Part shown: positions 24,808 to 41,489 of the stretch, one piece after another | Position numbering within the stretch: the first letter of the stretch is position 1 | Layout: each line of letters opens with the position of its first letter | Assembly: GCA_964016885.1 (NCBI GenBank) | Contig: CAXHJY010001582.1 | Span: forward strand, 1-56,012 | From: Eledone cirrhosa | Lineage: Eukaryota | DNA: 56,012 nucleotides | Direction of reading: 5' to 3' | The notes under the pieces: model-generated | The model's database searches: none | Told to the model about the DNA's origin: nothing | What the model saw: only the letters and a program-made list of their open reading frames with translations | Position numbers and translations under genes: made by a program

Positions 24808-26221
24808 ATTTATTAATGCATGGACAGTTATATGACCTCCTTTTCAGCCGAGAGACATACCAATACATATTCAAACATTGATACATATTCAAACATTGTG
24901 GGTCAACATTCATTACAAAATTTAGAGTGGCAGTACACACTTCGAGATTACATTTATATTAATAGGTACAATCAAAAATCAAAGATATAGGTTAAAGTAC
25001 AACATGAAGATAAGTGGTTATATAGTGCAAATGTTATATGTGTGGCACGCATGTGCGTCTTGTTTATATAGTGTGGCAGAGAGATATGTGTGGTAGAGGC
25101 ACTTAGGTAGGTAAATAAGAGTGTTAGGTTGGTAGATCTGGTGGCAAAGTCTTTATATGATTGATGTAGTCTGTGTGTGGAGAAATATTATAAGCAAGTG
25201 CAAGCATTAAAAGTGTTATAAGTATTGGAGATGCACAACGCAGGGATGTCAAGTAATTCATGTACTTCGGCATTTTCATGATCAAGGGAGTGTATATTTC
25301 GATTATATGCCTTTCACATAATCCACGACAATCCAGTTAGAGATCGTAGTCTGGTGTTCTTTAGTTCGATACAGGAGGTTGTTACGTTTCGAGAGACGCC
25401 ATTGAATACCGGAAGTGTGTGTGTGGCTAAGGGGAGTTAATGCATGCGGGGAGGTAACTCTGGGGTTTCTATATCTAGCCATTAAAGTGTGTCCCAATAT
25501 GGACCCTAAATTCTATGGTGAGGTGCACCCTCCAAGAGAGACTTTTAAAGCATAAAGTGTACTAACTATAGAGTAGTTTAACTAAATTATGCTGAAGGTG
25601 ATCATATTATTATTAAGGTGGATTAACCCATCTTAAGGTGCTACAAATGGAAATTATAGATGATGAGCGAGGATTCTAAATTAATGATCTCTGTGGTTGT
25701 AGTCTGCTCATATGACCAGGCGCGGTGATTGCAGGATTGCTTCAGGACCCAATGATCTCTGGTAAGATCTGGGTCATCGCTTGCTACATTGGATGTCGAA
25801 AGATAATCGTCCCCAGGCAGGCCAAAGGTCAATCCGCAGTCCTCGCGACCCCTCTCTGACCGTCAGATCATCCATATACGTACAACCCGCACGGCAGTTG
25901 CATTGCATTCACTCACTGCGCTCAGCAGCCCGGTCCTACTGGTCAACAGCGCTACTCGATTAAATCATTTTACATCTGTCTGAGGAAGGTGTTTCCTCTG
26001 CCCAACACCATCCAACCGATCAATTCATGCTCAAATTACCCTTAGAGCGGTGTAGTGCCGTCCAGGTGGGTGGATGTTGTCACACCTGCCGTAGAGGTAT
26101 AAATGGGTATTTTCCCTGCGAAGGGTTCCAGATGGATGTCGTTGTTTGTGTTATAATGGATCAGCTAGTGTTGGGTATGTAGTATAGGGTGTGTCTCTGG
26201 TGTTTGATGCTAGATGTGGTG

Positions 26222-27331
26222 TTAGGTTCCAGTCCGACATTGCCATATATAGGGCTTAAAGTTTTGGAAGGAATGTCTGAGGCGGTGTTGGCAAGTTGCA
26301 AACACCTCAGATTTTTTGTTAAGTAGGTTACGGTTGGAGAAGATAATATTGTGTGTCTCTAGTATACAGAGGTTACAGAATTTATTAGGTGGTTTGTACG
26401 AGGTCGCGCTGCCTATCACTTCCCATTTGAGTGTGTATGGTTTATTTTTAGATTTTAGATAGTGTATGTAGCTAGAAAGTGAGGTGGAGTTGGCTAGGCT
26501 GTGCTTTTTGAACGAGTGGATGTGCGAGTTATATCTAATTTTGAAGCAGTTAGAAGTGGAGCCTACATAGGTTTCTGAAGAGTTATTAGTCGTGACTGTG
26601 CATGAGTATATGACATCCTTGGTTAGGCATTTTTTATCTAAAGGGCAGGTTCTATTAGCTCTACAGTTACAATTATTCTGTGCGTTAGTCCGCTGGTTAT
26701 AATGCAATGCGGAAGTCTGTGTGGTGGATATAGGATTTTGGGTGTTCAGGTTGACAACCCTGGTGTTATTACTTATACTAGTGTTATTTCTATTGTTACT
26801 GCCGTTGCTATTGTTGCTTGCTACAGTGGTATTTAGAGGGTTTGCATCCCGTTGTGATTTTGTTTGTTGGAAGTAAGAACTAATTTTACTATTATTGCTG
26901 CTAGCTATGTGGTATGCTAAGTTAGGCGTCGTAGAGTATGAGATTTTAATGGTGTTTTTGTTAAGAGGTTGTGGTACTTGTGTCCTAGAGGGAAGTTTTT
27001 ATCTAGTAGTGAGAAGAAAGCCCTAGGTATGTTGGTGGAGACATTTAGGTTGAAAGGAGGTTGAAAAATGTATTATTTCTTCTTCTATTTTTGCTTTTAG
27101 TGTTTGGTGTGTTGCTTCCTCCTAAGGCCTCACAGTAGTTTCCATGGTAATGGTTACTTCTGGTGGCACCCTCCGCTTTGGTGTACTTGTGGTTGCTATT
27201 CCTATTATTAGATTTCCTCATGGACATGTTGTGCGAGATGATGTTGTAGCTATGTGTTTTCTTAGGTAGGAACTCTATTTCTATATTATGGCCGGAGCTA
27301 GCTAATGCTTGATTGTAATATTGTGAGTTTT
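26222..27331 (-). pseudogene. PLE linker and GIY-YIG endonuclease (left arm)
   Basis: CNCRANRTCPLDKKCLTKDVIYSC..TYVGSTSNCFKIRYNSH..CNLCILE..CQHR; single-base indels upstream. Confidence 0.9.
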
Positions 27332-27357
27332 TGTGAGTTTTTGCTAAATATGTTTGC

Positions 27358-28467
27358 AAAACTCACAATATTACAATCAAGCATTAGCTAGCTCCGACCA
27401 TAATATAGAAATAGAGTTCCTACCTAAGAAAACACATAGCTACAACATCATCTCGCACAACATGTCCATGAGGAAATCTAATAATAGGAATAGCAACCAC
27501 AAGTACACCAAAGCGGAGGGTGCCACCAGAAGTAACCATTACCATGGAAACTACTGTGAGGCCTTAGGAGGAAGCAACACACCAAACACTAAAAGCAAAA
27601 ATAGAAGAAGAAATAATACATTTTTCAACCCTCCTTTCAACCTAAATGTCTCCACCAACATACCTAGGGCTTTCTTCTCACTACTAGATAAAAACTTCCC
27701 TCTAGGACACAAGTACCACAACCTCTTAAACAAAAACACCATTAAAATCTCATACTCTACGACGCCTAACTTAGCATACCACATAGCTAGCAGCAATAAT
27801 AGTAAAATTAGTTCTTACTTCCAACAAACAAAATCACAACGGGATGCAAACCCTCTAAATACCACTGTAGCAAGCAACAATAGCAACGGCAGTAACAATA
27901 GAAATAACACTAGTATAAGTAATAACACCAGGGTTGTCAACCTGAACACCCAAAATCCTATATCCACCACACAGACTTCCGCATTGCATTATAACCAGCG
28001 GACTAACGCACAGAATAATTGTAACTGTAGAGCTAATAGAACCTGCCTTTAGATAAAAAATGCCTAACCAAGGATGTCATATACTCATGCACAGTCACGA
28101 CTAATAACTCTTCAGAAACCTATGTAGGCTCCACTTCTAACTGCTTCAAAATTAGATATAACTCGCACATCCACTCGTTCAAAAAGCACAGCCTAGCCAA
28201 CTCCACCTCACTTTCTAGCTACATACACTATCTAAAATCTAAAATAAACCATACACACTCAAATGGGAAGTGATAGGCAGCGCGACCTCGTACAAACCAC
28301 CTAATAAATTCTGTAACCTCTGTATACTAGAGACACACAATATTATCTTCTCCAACCGTAACCTACTTAACAAAAAATCTGAGGTGTTTGCAACTTGCCA
28401 ACACCGCCTCAGACATTCCTTCCAAAACTTTAAGCCCTATATATGGCAATGTCGGACTGGAACCTAA
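27358..28467 (+). pseudogene. PLE linker and GIY-YIG endonuclease (right arm)
   Basis: YYNQALASS..FFNPPFNLNVSTNI..IKISYS..CNCR; 1-nt deletion near 28047. Confidence 0.9.
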
Positions 28468-29880
28468 CACCACATCTAGCATCAAACACCAGAGACACAC
28501 CCTATACTACATACCAACACTAGCTGATCCATTATAACACAAACAACGACATCCATCTGGAACCCTTCGCAGGGAAAATACCCATTTATACCTCTACGGC
28601 AGGTGTGACAACATCCACCCACCTGGACGGCACTACACCGCTCTAAGGGTAATTTGAGCATGAATTGATCGGTTGGATGGTGTTGGGCAGAGGAAACACC
28701 TTCCTCAGACAGATGTAAAATGATTTAATCGAGTAGCGCTGTTGACCAGTAGGACCGGGCTGCTGAGCGCAGTGAGTGAATGCAATGCAACTGCCGTGCG
28801 GGTTGTACGTATATGGATGATCTGACGGTCAGAGAGGGGTCGCGAGGACTGCGGATTGACCTTTGGCCTGCCTGGGGACGATTATCTTTCGACATCCAAT
28901 GTAGCAAGCGATGACCCAGATCTTACCAGAGATCATTGGGTCCTGAAGCAATCCTGCAATCACCGCGCCTGGTCATATGAGCAGACTACAACCACAGAGA
29001 TCATTAATTTAGAATCCTCGCTCATCATCTATAATTTCCATTTGTAGCACCTTAAGATGGGTTAATCCACCTTAATAATAATATGATCACCTTCAGCATA
29101 ATTTAGTTAAACTACTCTATAGTTAGGACACTTTATGCTTTAAAAGTCTCTCTTGGAGGGTGCACCTCACCATAGAATTTAGGGTCCATATTGGGACACA
29201 TTTTAATGGCTAGATATAGAAACCCCAGAGTTACCTCCCCGCATGCATTAACTCCCCTTAGCCACACACACACTTCCGGTATTCAATGGCGTCTCTCGAA
29301 ACGTAACAACCTCCTGTATCGAACTAAAGAACACCAGACTACGATCTCTAACTGGATTGTCGTGGATTATGTGAAAGGCATATAATCGAAATATACACTC
29401 CCTTGATCATGAAAATGCCGAAGTACATGAATTACTTGACATCCCTGCGTTGTGCATCTCCAATACTTATAACACTTTTAATGCTTGCACTTGCTTATAA
29501 TATTTCTCCACACACAGACTACATCAATCATATAAAGACTTTGCCACCAGATCTACCAACCTAACACTCTTATTTACCTACCTAAGTGCCTCTACCACAC
29601 ATATCTCTCTGCCACACTATATAAACAAGACGCACATGCGTGCCACACATATAACATTTGCACTATATAACCACTTATCTTCATGTTGTACTTTAACCTA
29701 TATCTTTGATTTTTGATTGTACCTATTAATATAAATGTAATCTCGAAGTGTGTACTGCCACTCTAAATTTTGTAATGAATGTTGACCCACAATGTTTGAA
29801 TATGTATCAATGTTTGAATATGTATTGGTATGTCTCTCGGCTGAAAAGGAGGTCATATAACTGTCCATGCATTAATAAAT

Positions 29881-29927
29881 TGCTCCGAAGAATCCAAACC
29901 TCGGTTTGGAGGAAACAGCTGTAAGCA
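29881..29927 (+). ncRNA. Type I hammerhead, U4C variant
   Basis: tgct-CCGAAGA-a tccaaac ctcg gtttgga g-GAAA-cagctg-TA-agca. Confidence 0.8.
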
Positions 29928-29974
29928 CAATAATGTTTTGAACAGTTCTTTGATTCTTATATTTCATATATTTC

Positions 29975-32134
<2,160 letters not shown>

Positions 32135-32582
32135 CCTCCCGCAGTCATTTCTTCCTTCCCCCTCTTGCTTGCCCATATCTGGCCAGTAGTAGTTACTAGC
32201 TGACATTAACCCTGACTTCTCTACTTCTTTCTTCCCCCTTCTTCCCCTTCCTTTCTTTCTTTCTTTTACCTTGTGTCATTGGATCGACGTTAACCTATGC
32301 TCCCATCTCTTTCTGTTTTCGTTCATCTGACCGGTAGTAGCATACTATAAAATTTAGCCACGTCACTCCAGGGCGACCGGCTGAGGTTGAAGGAACAGAA
32401 TAGCGGTCGCCCTCGGGTCTCGATTTTCAGCCCCATGGATTTACCTATTACATTCACGTATTATATTTCGAATACCTGATGATATCACCGGATTCATACG
32501 GAACCCGGTCATTGAAATGATCATAGTATAATAAACCTTTCAAGGATTTACACAAATCCAGCCTCCTGTCATTTCATTATTA
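32135..32582 (+). mobile_element. Non-coding PLE 3'-end fragment
   Basis: Unique island in TA with a canonical-core HHR about 50 nt from the 3' end. Confidence 0.7.
32472..32529 (+). ncRNA. Type I hammerhead
   Basis: atac-CTGATGA-(accgg..ccggt stem II)-GAAA-tgatca-TA-gtat. Confidence 0.78.
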
Positions 32583-32676
32583 TATATACGTATATATATA
32601 TATATATACGTATATAAAATATTAAACAAATAATGAATAAAACAATGAAACAGTTCCTTATATTAAACAAAAAAAG

Positions 32677-32830
32677 TTCATTATTTAACGATCGTTTCTA
32701 GGATATATATGTGTTAGAATTGGCATGCATATTCAACAGATCTATGTACAAAATTATACAAAATTATACAAACTATCAAGATTAAATATACATACCAACA
32801 CATATATACGCCGTCTTCAGAAATAATGAA
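32677..32830 (-). ncRNA. Hammerhead with very long stem II, family D
   Basis: Inverse of 42194-42348. Confidence 0.7.
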
Positions 32831-33439
32831 ATATATTTATTGATAATAACAACAATTCAAAATTTCAGGTCCGTTTGGGAACAAAATTGACCAATGAAAA
32901 CACAAAAGGTTTTATGCAGTTCGGTGTGTGTATATACATGTAACTACCCTTACACATAATTTACAAAAATGTATGCTCAACATGTATACGCATACCAAAA
33001 GGATGGATGCAAATACAAAATTTCAAGGTTAATGTCTCTGTAAGTTTATAATGCACAGATAAGATGCGTATAGACACATAAATATGAAATAAGTGTATAC
33101 ACATATTCTCATACTCACACATATCCGTACAATCACACACACGCGCGCGTATATGCATAAACATACACATAATTACGAACATACAAACACACACACACCC
33201 CCACTCACATATATATATGTGGATATAATATCATAAGCACATGGATATTAATTCACTCACATAAACACTGTCACACACATTTAGATCAAGATACAAAAAT
33301 TAGGTGGGAGGGGGGGAGAGGTCAGTATTCAACGGTTTGGGCAGACTGCTTATTATAGATGTATCTATAAACTAAGAAAATAAAAAATAAAAATTGAAAA
33401 GGAAAGAAAAGAAAAAGAAAAAAGAAAAAAGAAATATAT

Positions 33440-33446
33440 CAAGAAA

Positions 33447-33530
<84 letters not shown>

Positions 33531-33627
33531 ACATACATACATATAGACACATCCACACTTAGAACATACATACACACACATATATAAACATATACATATA
33601 CACACATACCCACATATACACACATAC

Positions 33628-33682
<55 letters not shown>

Positions 33683-33988
33683 TATATACACATATAATCA
33701 CACATACTATATATACACACATATATATACACACATACATGCACATATACATACACATACATACTTATATACATACAGATATACACATACATACCTATAT
33801 ATAGACGCAAATACATACAGATATACATACATACATACACACAAATACTTACGCATCCATATATCGGTATATACATACAAATACCACTACACTCTCACAC
33901 AACTCAGACATACAAAGAAAAAGGTATATACCTATATACATATACATATACAAATAGAGATACATATACACATATATATATATATATA

Positions 33989-34019
<31 letters not shown>

Positions 34020-34210
34020 ACATATATACACACATATACATACATACATATACATACATGTACACACACATACATATACATACATACACACATACATACA
34101 TACATATATAGTCATACACACACATACACTTACACGAACATACACATACACATATATAAAGATATATATACACACACACACATACACACACACACATATA
34201 TATAAAATAA

Positions 34211-34245
<35 letters not shown>

Positions 34246-34825
34246 CATATACATACACACATACATAGACATATATGTACATACATACACATACATACAT
34301 ACATACACACACATATATACATATATATACACACATAGACACATACATACATACACACACAACATACATACACACACATATATACTCATACATAGAATTA
34401 GATATATATTCATACATACATACGCACTTACATATACTCATATATAGAAATACATACGCATCCATATATGCGTATATACATACAAACACCACTACATCCT
34501 CACACAACTCAGACATACAAAGAAAAAGGCATATACATATACATATATACACGCATTAATAGAGATATATATACACATATATATATATACATATATATAC
34601 ACATCCATTTATATATATACACCCACACACACATACAACCATAAACACACATACAAAACATACAAATACACACATACACATATATATACACATACATATA
34701 TATACACACACACAAAAAACAGACATACATATATATATTTTTTTACACATATATATACACATATATATACACATATACCCTCCCTCACATATACACACAT
34801 ACACATAAGTTATATTATAATAATA

Positions 34826-34874
<49 letters not shown>

Positions 34875-35285
34875 CGAATATAGACATATATACACACATA
34901 GATATATATATATATATATACATATACACACACACACAATCACATATATATGTGCGCACACGTACATATATACACATACACACATATACACGTAAACACA
35001 TACATGTGCATACATGCACATACACACATATACCCACATAGATACAAAGATAGACATATAAATAGAGAGACATACATATATATACACACACATATATACA
35101 TACATACATACACACACATATATATATAAATAAATATATATATATACATACACACATACACGCCCACACACATATACACATATACACATATATATATACA
35201 TACACACATACTCATACACATATATATACACATGCATATATACACATATATATATACATACACACATATATATACACACAATCTT
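33440..35285. repeat. Complex (CA/TA/CATA)n block in the family D 3' UTR (left arm)
   Basis: Mirror of 39725-41580. Confidence 0.92.
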
Positions 35286-35976
35286 ACATTCTTATTTGCA
35301 TGCGCATATATGTATTTTTATATTCAGATATAAATACCCAAACATATATACACCTACCTACATATATATTCATACATACACGCTTACAAACACAGATGAT
35401 AATAGTATGGGGGAAAGGGGGGGGGTTGGAGAAGGGGATTATAGTAAATATATGTTTCAAGAAACATAGAATATTATCTGTATCTGGATCCAATGTATGT
35501 TTTTACATAGTTTCAGTGTTAGGAAATACAAGAAATAAGGCAAAATTTATGCATTTCAAAATAAATAAGTATACCATTAATTATATGTTAACTAAACTAA
35601 AGATAGTTAACATATTGATTTCTAAGGTGTAAATTAGTTAGGTTTATAATATTTGAAGCAGAATTTTGAAGTTAAATAGTAGTAGAGTATTAATTATAGT
35701 ATAACTAAATTAAAGTTAATAACGTTATGGTATCAATATTAGGAAATGAATTTAGTAATAGGGAAAAAACAAATAAAGTATTACATCGGTAGTAGAATAT
35801 AAATTATAGGTTAACTAAATTAAAAATTATATATTAATTTCTATAGTATATGTTAATTAGGTATATAATAAATAAAACAGATATTGTATTTTATCAATAG
35901 CAGAATATCATTATATGCAAATAGAAATCAAAATTAATACATATACATATACATATACATACACATATATATATAC

Positions 35977-36027
<51 letters not shown>

Positions 36028-36515
36028 TACACATACATATACATACATACATATACATATTTTTTCAAAAATTGCAAAGAATATATTAACTAGGTATATA
36101 TCCAAAACACATCCCATTCTATGATTACATGACATTCTGCAATCCGTCTGTATAAGGATACTAATTTTAAGCCAATTAAATTAAATTTTTAGGTTGACTA
36201 AATTTAAAACCAAATTATAAATATATTTCTAAAATGTATATTAATTAGGTCTATAATACTAAAAATTATTTCTCTGTCATTGGATACACGATATTTTGTT
36301 ATATTTTATCTGTAAAGGAATTTTAATAAAAGGTTTAAATAAATTAAAATTAATCTATAAATTAAATTACTAAGTATATATTAGTAATATTTAAAGGTTT
36401 TTCACAATTTATGATTACACAATATTTTATATTCTCATCTGTAATAGAATTTTAATTAAATTAAATTTATAGGTTAACTAACATTTAAATTAAATTAATT
36501 TCTAAAATAATGTTA

Positions 36516-37005
36516 TTAATTAGGTTTATAATATTTAAATGTTTTTTTTAGTTTATGATTACACGATATAATTAATTCCTGTCGTTTATTTAATAGGATA
36601 TCCTTAGATTTCATTATTTCAAATAGTTCTTGGGAACATAATCTACATTCATTTCTATTATTTTGATAAGGGGTGGCTCTTTTGAGCACACTCCAGGTCA
36701 AATCATATTCTATATTCTTATTTTTATAACTATTGATTTTTTCTGCTAGAGATGTTGTATTAGCCAGTGCGGCATTTTTAAAACTATGCTTGTGGGTATT
36801 AAACCTTGTCTTAAAATTGTTAGAGGTAGCTCCTATATATGAGCAAATAGAATCTTTAGTTTTAACATTACATTTATAGACTATGTTGTTAACAAGACAA
36901 TTCCCTTTTAATGGGCAGTTTGCTTTGTTTCTACAGTTACAACCTTTCGTTAATTCTGTATTTGAGGAGATATTATGGTTAATTTGATGTACTGGTGGTA
37001 TACTT
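36516..37005 (-). pseudogene. GIY-YIG endonuclease domain (inverted arm, no 5' part)
   Basis: GCNCRNKANCPLKGNCLVNNIVYKC..SYIGATSNNFKTRFNTH..ECRLCSQE..SCNHK. Confidence 0.9.
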
Positions 37006-37011
37006 GATATT

Positions 37012-38495
37012 ACTATGGGTTCAAGCGATTCCGCCCAAATTACTGATCTAGTGGGCCTCTTTCTCCTTTTCAACATAAATGCCTCCTTTCCCCACCTCAA
37101 AGTTGGTTTATATCGTGATGACTGTCTTCTTCTTTCTAACAACCTTAGCCTTTCAGAAATTGAAAAAAACAAAAAACATATTAGAACTTTCCTTAAAGAC
37201 TATTATAATCTTCATATTACTTTTGAAAAAACAAGTAAAGTAGTAAATTTCCTAGATATAACTTTAGATTTAGCTACAGGCATCTACCAACCTTACCATA
37301 AACCAAACCAAAACTTACATTACATACACTCACAATCTAATCACCCTAAATCTATCCTTAAAAACCTTGCATATAATATATCACTTAGAATTTCTAACCT
37401 TTCTTCTAACCAAGATGTATTTGATAAAAATGCGACCTTCTATAACGAAGCTCTAGATAGAAGTGGCCACAAAAATAGATTAGAATATATACCTTCTACT
37501 AAAAATATTGAAAGCATACAACCTAATATTACCAACAAACACCAAATGAAAAGTACACACCTAAATGCCACCCACACTATACCCCAAAATACCAAATCTT
37601 CTAATATAAAATATAGTAACTCTCAAAAAACTACTCATCATACAACTCTAATAAATATTAATAATAAAACTCCTAATAAAAAGGATAAAACACCTAAATC
37701 TACAAATATAACTAAAAATGGTTGTGGTGAGATCATTAACATTAATCCTCCTAGTAAACATCACCATACAACCTATAAAAATAATAAAAATAATAAACAA
37801 CATAGAAACCGTAATAGACGGGTTACTTGGTATAATGCTCCATTTAATTTACAAATTAAGGATAATATTGCTAAAAAATTTTTTTATATCCTAGAGAAAA
37901 ACTTCCGCCAAACCACAAATACCATCAAATCTTAAATAGGTCTACAGTTAAATTCTCATACTCTACAACAAATAACATAAAACAAAATATAAGTGCCTAT
38001 AATGCATATAAATGTAAGAAAACCATAAGTATACCACCAGTACATCAAATTAACCATAATATCTCCTCAAATACAGAATTAACGAAAGGTTGTAACTGTA
38101 GAAACAAAGCAAACTGCCCATTAAAAGGGAATTGTCTTGTTAACAACATAGTCTATAAATGTAATGTTAAAACTAAAGATTCTATTTGCTCATATATAGG
38201 AGCTACCTCTAACAATTTTAAGACAAGGTTTAATACCCACAAGCATAGTTTTAAAAATGCCGCACTGGCTAATACAACATCTCTAGCAGAAAAAATCAAT
38301 AGTTATAAAAATAAGAATATAGAATATGATTTGACCTGGAGTGTGCTCAAAAGAGCCACCCCTTATCAAAATAATAGACAAGAACTATTTGAAATAATGA
38401 AATCTAAGGATATCCTATTAAATAAACGACAGGAATTAATTATATCGTGTAATCATAAACTAAAAAAAACATTTAAATATTATAAACCTAATTAA
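37012..38495 (+). pseudogene. 5'-truncated PLE RT and GIY-YIG
   Basis: MGSSDSAQITDLVG, GLYRDD, VNFLDITL, YQPYHKPN, SNHPKSI, WYNAPF; frameshift near 37910; 21-nt deletion in EN. Confidence 0.93.
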
Positions 38496-38983
38496 TAACA
38501 TTATTTTAGAAATTAATTTAATTTAAATGTTAGTTAACCTATAAATTTAATTTAATTAAAATTCTATTACAGATGAGAATATAAAATATTGTGTAATCAT
38601 AAATTGTGAAAAACCTTTAAATATTACTAATATATACTTAGTAATTTAATTTATAGATTAATTTTAATTTATTTAAACCTTTTATTAAAATTCCTTTACA
38701 GATAAAATATAACAAAATATCGTGTATCCAATGACAGAGAAATAATTTTTAGTATTATAGACCTAATTAATATACATTTTAGAAATATATTTATAATTTG
38801 GTTTTAAATTTAGTCAACCTAAAAATTTAATTTAATTGGCTTAAAATTAGTATCCTTATACAGACGGATTGCAGAATGTCATGTAATCATAGAATGGGAT
38901 GTGTTTTGGATATATACCTAGTTAATATATTCTTTGCAATTTTTGAAAAAATATGTATATGTATGTATGTATATGTATGTGTA

Positions 38984-39032
<49 letters not shown>

Positions 39033-39724
39033 GTATATATATATGTGTATGTATATGTATATGTATATGTATTAATTTTGATTTCTATTTGCATATAATG
39101 ATATTCTGCTATTGATAAAATACAATATCTGTTTTATTTATTATATACCTAATTAACATATACTATAGAAATTAATATATAATTTTTAATTTAGTTAACC
39201 TATAATTTATATTCTACTACCGATGTAATACTTTATTTGTTTTTTCCCTATTACTAAATTCATTTCCTAATATTGATACCATAACGTTATTAACTTTAAT
39301 TTAGTTATACTATAATTAATACTCTACTACTATTTAACTTCAAAATTCTGCTTCAAATATTATAAACCTAACTAATTTACACCTTAGAAATCAATATGTT
39401 AACTATCTTTAGTTTAGTTAACATATAATTAATGGTATACTTATTTATTTTGAAATGCATAAATTTTGCCTTATTTCTTGTATTTCCTAACACTGAAACT
39501 ATGTAAAAACATACATTGGATCCAGATACAGATAATATTCTATGTTTCTTGAAACATATATTTACTATAATCCCCTTCTCCAACCCCCCCCTTTCCCCCA
39601 TACTATTATCATCTGTATTTGTAAGCGTGTATGTATGAATATATATGTAGGTAGGTGTATATATGTTTGGGTATTTATATCTGAATATAAAAATACATAT
39701 ATGCGCATGCAAATAAGAATGTAA

Positions 39725-39857
39725 GATTGTGTGTATATATATGTGTGTATGTATATATATATGTGTATATATGCATGTGTATATATATGTGTATGAGTAT
39801 GTGTGTATGTATATATATATGTGTATATGTGTATATGTGTGTGGGCGTGTATGTGTG

Positions 39858-39892
<35 letters not shown>

Positions 39893-40147
39893 TTATATAT
39901 ATATGTGTGTGTATGTATGTATGTATATATGTGTGTGTATATATATGTATGTCTCTCTATTTATATGTCTATCTTTGTATCTATGTGGGTATATGTGTGT
40001 ATGTGCATGTATGCACATGTATGTGTTTACGTGTATATGTGTGTATGTGTATATATGTACGTGTGCGCACATATATATGTGATTGTGTGTGTGTGTATAT
40101 GTATATATATATATATATATATGTGTGTGTATATATGTCTATATTCG

Positions 40148-40188
<41 letters not shown>

Positions 40189-40768
40189 TATTATTATAAT
40201 ATAACTTATGTGTATGTGTGTATATGTGAGGGAGGGTATATGTGTATATATATGTGTATATATATGTGTAAAAAAATATATATATGTATGTCTGTTTTTT
40301 GTGTGTGTGTATATATATGTATGTGTATATATATGTGTATGTGTGTATTTGTATGTTTTGTATGTGTGTTTATGGTTGTATGTGTGTGTGGGTGTATATA
40401 TATAAATGGATGTGTATATATATGTATATATATATATGTGTATATATATCTCTATTAATGCGTGTATATATGTATATGTATATGCCTTTTTCTTTGTATG
40501 TCTGAGTTGTGTGAGGATGTAGTGGTGTTTGTATCTATATACGCATATATGGATGCGTATGTATTTCTATATATGAGTATATGTAAGTGCGTATGTATGT
40601 ATGAATATATATCTAATTCTATGTATGAGTATATATGTGTGTGTATGTATGTTGTGTGTGTATGTATGTATGTGTCTATGTGTGTATATATATGTATATA
40701 TGTGTGTGTATGTATGTATGTATGTGTATGTATGTACATATATGTCTATGTATGTGTGTATGTATATG

Positions 40769-40803
<35 letters not shown>

Positions 40804-40993
40804 TTATTTTATATATATGTGTGTGTGTGTATGTGTGTGTGTGTATATATATCTTTATATATGTGTATGTGTATGTTCGTGTAAGTGTATGTGTGTGTAT
40901 GACTATATATGTATGTATGTATGTGTGTATGTATGTATATGTATGTGTGTGTACATGTATGTATATGTATGTATGTATATGTGTGTATATATG

Positions 40994-41052
<59 letters not shown>

Positions 41053-41333
41053 GTATCTCTATTTGTATATGTATATGTATATAGGTATATACCTTTTTCT
41101 TTGTATGTCTGAGTTGTGTGAGAGTGTAGTGGTGTTTGTATGTATATACCGATATATGGATGCGTAAGTATTTGTGTGTATGTATGTATGTATATCTGTA
41201 TGTATTTGCGTCTATATATAGGTATGTATGTGTATATCTGTATGTATATAAGTATGTATGTGTATGTATATGTGCATGTATGTGTGTATATATATGTGTG
41301 TATATATAGTATGTGTGATTATATGTGTATATA

Positions 41334-41392
<59 letters not shown>

Positions 41393-41489
41393 GTATGTGT
41401 GTATATGTGGGTATGTGTGTATATGTATATGTTTATATATGTGTGTGTATGTATGTTCTAAGTGTGGATGTGTCTATATGTATGTATGT

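Larger units (their letters stand above)
24557..29982. mobile_element. PLE family B: 5.4 kb palindromic two-armed insertion
   Basis: 24718-27331 is the inverse of 27358-29970; left arm has an extra ~160-nt tail (24557-24717). Confidence 0.93.

Noticed and set aside
25303-25963. Short ORFs duplicated in both arms of family B
   Set aside because: They lie in the 3' UTR, have no recognisable motifs, and duplication is explained by the palindrome
36516-37172. 218-aa ORF as a standalone endonuclease gene
   Set aside because: The N-terminus is antisense RT sequence read across the inversion junction at ~37005
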